A stretch of 63,531 nt of DNA, filler included, from Globobulimina sp. (lineage: Eukaryota): assembly GCA_003354225.1 (NCBI GenBank). It is 24 parts of 24 records of this genome, joined end to end, with 100 filler letters (N's around TTAATTAATTAA, not from the genome) between each part and the next. Parts side by side here need not be neighbours in the genome. Positions count along the whole stretch, not along the records: positions 58,332 to 60,881 come from PIVH01006040.1; positions 60,982 to 63,531 come from PIVH01006041.1; 22 more parts are not named here. The stretch is one strand, 5' to 3'. The notes beneath the pieces are model-generated. The model did not search any database. It worked only from the letters and a program-made list of their open reading frames with translations, and was not told where the DNA came from. A program made the translations under genes and the position numbers. Positions 58,332 through 63,531 of the stretch are shown in pieces. Within the stretch, counting starts at the first letter, position 1; every line of letters starts with the position of its first letter.

Positions 58332-59820
58332 CATCCACACAATCCAATAAATAGCTGTTTAATGCCGCGATAATAACATCACACTGTACATCGTCCACAT
58401 AATTAATGGTAATAATTTTACATAATATCACTAACTTAATTTGTTTCACATAATTTCTATCATTAAATATTAAGCCAAACGAACTTATTATTTGTTGAGC
58501 TGTCCATTGTTTTGCAATGGCCGCATATTTACATAAAATAATATTGATATCATGCAATATGCTCCACAATAACTCGCATCTTTTATTTATTTGACAATGT
58601 AAAACGATATATGTCAATCCAGAACTTATACATTCAATATATTCGCAGTCGACGTCAGATTCAGATTCCATATTACTTTTATTTTTTATATTTCGTTTCT
58701 CTTTTTCTTCGATGATACGTAAACATTTAATTAAAGCTTTAATGCCGCTCAGCTTATTTATAATGGCTCCATTGACATTGATGTTTGTTTTGTATCTTAT
58801 AAATAATTGTAATTGCTGCGCCACACTGAATACGTATGCTAGAGACAAATGATTGTTTAATAGTTCGCTGCTTAAACTCTCCAAAATAATATCAATACCA
58901 AATGTATTTATTTCTGTCCCGTTTGAAACATCGGAATGTAGCATATTTAGCAATTTATCAATGATAATCATCTGTATTTTAGTTGGAATGTTACAATATT
59001 TTAGAATGGATTTGGATTTATTATGCTCGGACATCTCTGTTAATGCAATTAATGTATTTGCCATTGTATTAATGTCCATATTTTTATCATTGTCTCTGTC
59101 TTTCAATATATCATATAAATTATGCTTAAATTTCCATTCTTTGTTAATTTTAGCCCGATTCTCATCATTCATTGCATATAATTTCGCAATTTGTAGAATG
59201 GAGCCACTGCGCAAATGTCCGCTTACTGTTTTATTTATATTTAGTTTTATGCCATGGAAATGTTGATTTAATGGTTTGTATATTAAGGATAATAATTGTG
59301 AGCCATACACATTTACCATTTTTGTTAATAAACGTAATGATTTCTTATTGATTGAATAATGGATATTTGAATTTGATTGCTGTTCGTTATCGTTTTCATA
59401 GGACAGTGATAGATTTGTCAGCCGATTGAAACATAATAAGCCAATTTCAGATTTATTTGTAATTAATAAATCAATGCAGAAATAAAGTAATGACAATAAA
59501 TGGATGTTATTAGTTGATGTTATATGTGTTTTTAATAAATCACTAATTAAGTTATTATGTGATTTTATATGATCAACAAATGATTTATTAAAACTTGGAA
59601 TGGATAAAATTGTTTCTAATATGTCATGGATACACTCTGTTTGTTCCAATACTGGATCCTGATTCTTATTAATTTTAACCACAGAAAAACCATCATCACT
59701 GTCACTGTCATAATCAACTGCTATTTCTTCTTCATTCAGCTCAATTTTAATGGATCGCGATTCTGAGTCATTATTATTGTTATCGGCTTGTTGCAACACA
59801 AAGGTGTCTTGTTCTGCCAT
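58332..59820 (-). CDS. Divergent beta-adaptin-like HEAT/ARM protein, 3'-truncated
   Basis: MANTLIALTEM, ELLWSILHDINIIL, FNDRNYVKQIKLVIL and LNSYLLDCVD parallel AP-beta motifs (VANAVAAL.EI, E.QYVAL.NI..I, ND..YVK.EKL.I, L.EY..EVD). Confidence 0.65.
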
Positions 59821-59936
59821 CCTTTGGTATGCTAAGGAAGTAAAGGAACCTTGCACTTAAACGATATATTCCAAAAGTTAACTCATTTTTATGCAATATG
59901 CCAACAACAAAAAAAGCATTATGTTAATTTAATTTC

Positions 59937-60881
59937 TCATGTTTTATAATAATTGTATATAAAAATCGTAACCAACAACGACCCGACAATAACAGCCAAC
60001 ACAATAACAACAACAAACGATGCTGTTTTATCCCGTGATGTCCGTTTACTGTATTTATCAGCTCCATAATATGACAAGGTTTGATTTATATCATTTGTTT
60101 CAACATTGGTAACCTCTGACCCATCACCAAACCATTCCGGTGTTGTTGTCCATTCTTCATATTTTATATCCCTTTGTGTTGCACTAAAATAAACAACAAA
60201 AACATCCAATGCTCTCCCATTTAATGCGGGATCATCATCGCGCTCAGAAAATGTCACATATATTTTAGCAGATTCTTCATTAATTATATCCTCAATATGC
60301 TGAATCACACTTGTATTCATATCATGATACGGCACAAACACTTGACATTCGATTGTATACAAAACCTGTATTATATTTAATAATCCACCAACCAAAACAT
60401 TGTCATTTCTATGGTTTGGTATGCATTCAATGTCCGAAGCACATCCATATTTTGTTAGTTCCTCAAATGGTGAATTCAATTCATTATCGTTCCATTCCCT
60501 GATAAGTTTACTACATTTCTCATTTGCTAAGTGATATCCCATGAGATATGAGGATTTGCACTGACATCCATATATCGAATATGTTTTAGAAATTAAAAAA
60601 TCACAAACATCCTTATACATATTTGCATTAAACGAATCATTGCATTTTGTGACATTCTCGTATTTATTAAACACTGCGTTTGGAGAATAAAAACAGTGAT
60701 ATAAATCATTGGAATAGGTTTGATAGATCTCACTGTGTGAACTAAATATTTAATACTAATTTAAGTTAAGTCAATTTAAAAGAGATATTGTATGTTATTT
60801 ATTGACTTAACCATATTTGATCTGTATCCATAGAGCAGTCTGTTAACTCTGTGTTATTGCAACAAAATTGCTGTATTTTGA
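59937..60881 (-). CDS. Cys-containing protein with C-terminal TM anchor, 5'-truncated
   Basis: 245-aa ORF ending in a TM helix, with a probable upstream intron and exon near 60730-60881. Confidence 0.55.
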
Positions 60882-61080
60882 NNNNNNNNNNNNNNNNNNN
60901 NNNNNNNNNNNNNNNNNNNNNNNNNTTAATTAATTAANNNNNNNNNNNNNNNNNNNNNNNNNNNNNNNNNNNNNNNNNNNNCAAAACATCACCAGCCACT
61001 GTTGCAGTTTTATGCGAATTGTCTGACATCTTTCCCATGATTGAGACAGTGGTTTTCGTGTAGTTGGTAGAAGACAGAAA

Positions 61081-62142
61081 ATGTTCACCCCGATAGGCTA
61101 TATTTGTAAAATATGCAACATTCCTGGCCATTGGATACAGCAATGTCCATCAAAAAAATCACCGACTGGACCACCACCACCATACTACATTTGTAAAATA
61201 TGCCGCATTCCTGGCCATTGGATACAACAATGTCCAAACAAGTACAATTCGCAAACTCCGCCTTCCAACTATGTTTGCAATATTTGCAAAATTCCCGGTC
61301 ATTGGATTCAGCAATGCCCAAAAAAATCAACAATGCTTTCTGACTCATACATTTGTCATAAATGCAATCAAAAAGGACATTGGATCAGAGACTGTCCATC
61401 GTCAAAACAAACAATTACAAGACTTAAAAACCAAACATATCACATTAATTTAGATAAATATTGTGATGATGATTGCAAATATTGCGCAAATCCAAATGTT
61501 TACAATCTCTATTTTGTAGCAGGATACATTAAAAAGTTGCAAATAATTATCCCGCAGTCGATTGTTGAATTAATATTACTTTTTTTTGATATTACAACAC
61601 GAAAATTTGAAATAATGAACAACAGAAACGATTATTTATTTTTCTATTCTCGGAAACATCAAATAAGGGATGGAGGGGTTTCAAGTGATGCTGGTTCGGA
61701 TGGTATTGTTATTTACGAAGATGGGAGAATTTATTACGGATATTGTGGTTCATCCATGTGGTCGTTACTTATTTCAGTTGATGATATTGAAAAAAATATA
61801 AAAACAGAGAAAGTGTTGGATCAAACTATAATAAAACAACTAAAAATGTTGCTAAACCAATACTGTATGCCTATTGCCGATGGACCGCAAACATATCATT
61901 GCAATGAGCATTATAAAATTGTACAATCATTACGTTGCAAATGTGATGGAAAAATCGGAATATATGAAGCTTTTTGCAAAGAGAAGCAAGACTCAAAAAA
62001 GGAACTCTGGACATTTATTAATTGTAAGATTTGTGACATTGCAAATAATGTTTGTGATGGTGTTCATCCATATTATGACCATTCCCACGAATATTCTTTT
62101 TATAGTTGTGATCCGTACCAAGATATGATGGATCGATGGTGA
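61081..62142 (+). CDS. Protein with four tandem CCHC zinc knuckles (YxCxxCxxPGHWIxxCP)
   Basis: Four C-x2-C-x4-H-x4-C repeats, visible also at DNA level (61098-61398). Confidence 0.9.
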   Translation: MFTPIGYICKICNIPGHWIQQCPSKKSPTGPPPPYYICKICRIPGHWIQQCPNKYNSQTPPSNYVCNICKIPGHWIQQCPKKSTMLSDSYICHKCNQKGHWIRDCPSSKQTITRLKNQTYHINLDKYCDDDCKYCANPNVYNLYFVAGYIKKLQIIIPQSIVELILLFFDITTRKFEIMNNRNDYLFFYSRKHQIRDGGVSSDAGSDGIVIYEDGRIYYGYCGSSMWSLLISVDDIEKNIKTEKVLDQTIIKQLKMLLNQYCMPIADGPQTYHCNEHYKIVQSLRCKCDGKIGIYEAFCKEKQDSKKELWTFINCKICDIANNVCDGVHPYYDHSHEYSFYSCDPYQDMMDRW

Positions 62143-62458
62143 TGATGAAAATATTAAATTGACTAAAAGGTTCACACTTCTTTTTACGTTCACCTTAGAT
62201 GTAGGTGCAAAAAACTTTAAAAAACTTAGTCAAACACAAAAGTCAAATTGTTTTGAAGCTGAAATAAAACTTTTTGTCCAATGAATAAATCCTACAATTT
62301 AAACGATGTTGGATATCAAAATTATAATCTCAAACATATCCATGCAAGATCATGTGGATCATATTAATAAATATTCATGCATTGATAAAATTATTTAAAT
62401 AAGTTAGCAAATCCGAAATTATCATTTTTTTAATTACATTGACTTTTTGATATGGTAA

Positions 62459-63063
62459 TCATTCGGATTGTTTCTCTTCATTTTCTAAATCGTCTGCAGT
62501 ATCATTTTGTTCTTGACTTTGTTTAGTTTGCGATTCAAGCAATCTGGCTTCAAAGGCCTGTATATCAGTAATTATTGCGGCACAGTATCGTTCGGACTGT
62601 AATTGGTGTGGAGATTTAATGATTTTCGGGGGTTTCGGTGTTGAATACACATCATTATTATCACCATAATATTGCATCAATGCTATTACCCATGAAAATA
62701 ACCCAACTGCTGCAGAACAGCTTGATCTTATTTTTTCAATATTGAGCATTGGTTCATGTGACCTTAAAACTTGAGCAATTTTGTAAGACATTTCTAGTGT
62801 CATTTTGCCTTTGTTATAGGTCCGTATTTGTTCTATTAATGCGGAGTCAGATAATATATGTCTCATTGTATTCCAATCTGTATTTAAATGCATATGTGGA
62901 TCGTTTGTTGGGTTTAAATGTATAATACAAAGGACTACATCTTGCACAGATTTAGGTGGTTTGTATAACGCTTTGAGTGTTGTTATATCTCTGGTATTCA
63001 CACATTTTGATGCTCTTTTAATTTCATCCGACATTGTTCGCAAATCTGAATCAACACATTTAA
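62459..63063 (-). CDS. Protein with a dynein stalk microtubule-binding-like domain
   Basis: DITTLKAL.KPP..V..V...I, DW...R..L.D..LI..I..Y and I.....AA.GL.SWV.A...Y. Stop follows about 70 aa later. Confidence 0.75.
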
Positions 63064-63366
63064 CTATAAATTATGAGATACTTATGAATCACTTATAAAT
63101 TAACTGTTTACATAATAATATCCTCTGATTTGTATGGTATGATAACAGCCAATCAGATTAATGTAAAATAACATAAAATAAAATATACATTTCATTTGTA
63201 TCCACAAGTTGCATGGCGCCCTGGCGGGCGCCTTAGATTTATTGTTCGTTTTTGCATATACACACTAATATCAAAATATATTTTTGTTTCTGTTGATTTA
63301 TTCTAATACAATGTTTCCCATAGAAGAAGAACTCCATTTTCTCATTTTTTGATGTGTTCTGTATGT

Positions 63367-63531
63367 TTACAATCCTGATTTTTTTATTGTAAACATAGTG
63401 TATTGGGTTTATATATTTATTTGATTTGATTTGTTATGTTTGTATATAATAATATTTGATTTGTGTTGATTTACAGTCCTGGGTTTTTATTGTGTGCTGA
63501 GTGTGTTGGGTTTATATATTTATTTGATTTG
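63367..63531. repeat. About 103-bp-period imperfect repeat
   Basis: TTACA(A/G)TCCTG...GTGT(A/G)TTGGGTTTATATATTTATTTGATTTG occurs twice. Confidence 0.8.

Noticed and set aside
2554-60981. Regularly spaced identical TTAATTAATTAA motifs resembling a repeat array, and ORFs ending in X-runs or 'LIN'
   Set aside because: Artificial concatenation spacers. ORFs running into them are truncated by contig ends.

Overview
This window is not one locus. It is 24 unrelated, length-sorted contigs of 2,550-2,553 bp, joined by an artificial 100-bp spacer (N44-TTAATTAATTAA-N44). Contigs start at 1, 2654, 5307, 7959, 10611, 13263, 15915, 18567, 21219, 23871, 26523, 29175, 31826, 34477, 37128, 39779, 42430, 45081, 47732, 50382, 53032, 55682, 58332 and 60982, so gene order across spacers means nothing. 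Most contigs come from an AT-rich protist with mostly short (about 53-74 nt) GT-AG introns and the standard genetic code. The gene families resemble Foraminifera/Rhizaria (inference). Recognisable genes include an ammonium transporter, Serinc, a PX-AGC kinase, an SLC38-type transporter, a GH38 mannosidase, a kinesin, an NDUFA9 fragment, a RING-PHD protein and a sulfotransferase. One contig (10611-13162) is bacteriophage DNA, with a RuvC-like gene, DUF4326, a consensus sigma70 promoter and a tRNA cluster. Best leads: (1) the phage tRNA operon interleaves atypical tRNAs with three multi-stem non-tRNA RNAs and a perfect 20-bp hairpin; (2) an intron-containing eukaryotic RelA/SpoT-synthetase+SAM gene sits head-to-head, 59 bp apart, with an RWD-NADAR gene, and two other contigs encode toxin-like ADP-ribosyltransferase domains; (3) a 2,431-bp circular or tandem two-gene unit carries a G-quadruplex motif; (4) several mobile elements, including an intron-containing Transib/Chapaev/RAG1-like transposase, a TIR element carrying a tRNA-like module, and head-to-tail internally deleted LINE copies. 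Several in-contig junctions look chimeric, so linkage claims need read support. All family calls come from motif recognition by eye, not from database searches.
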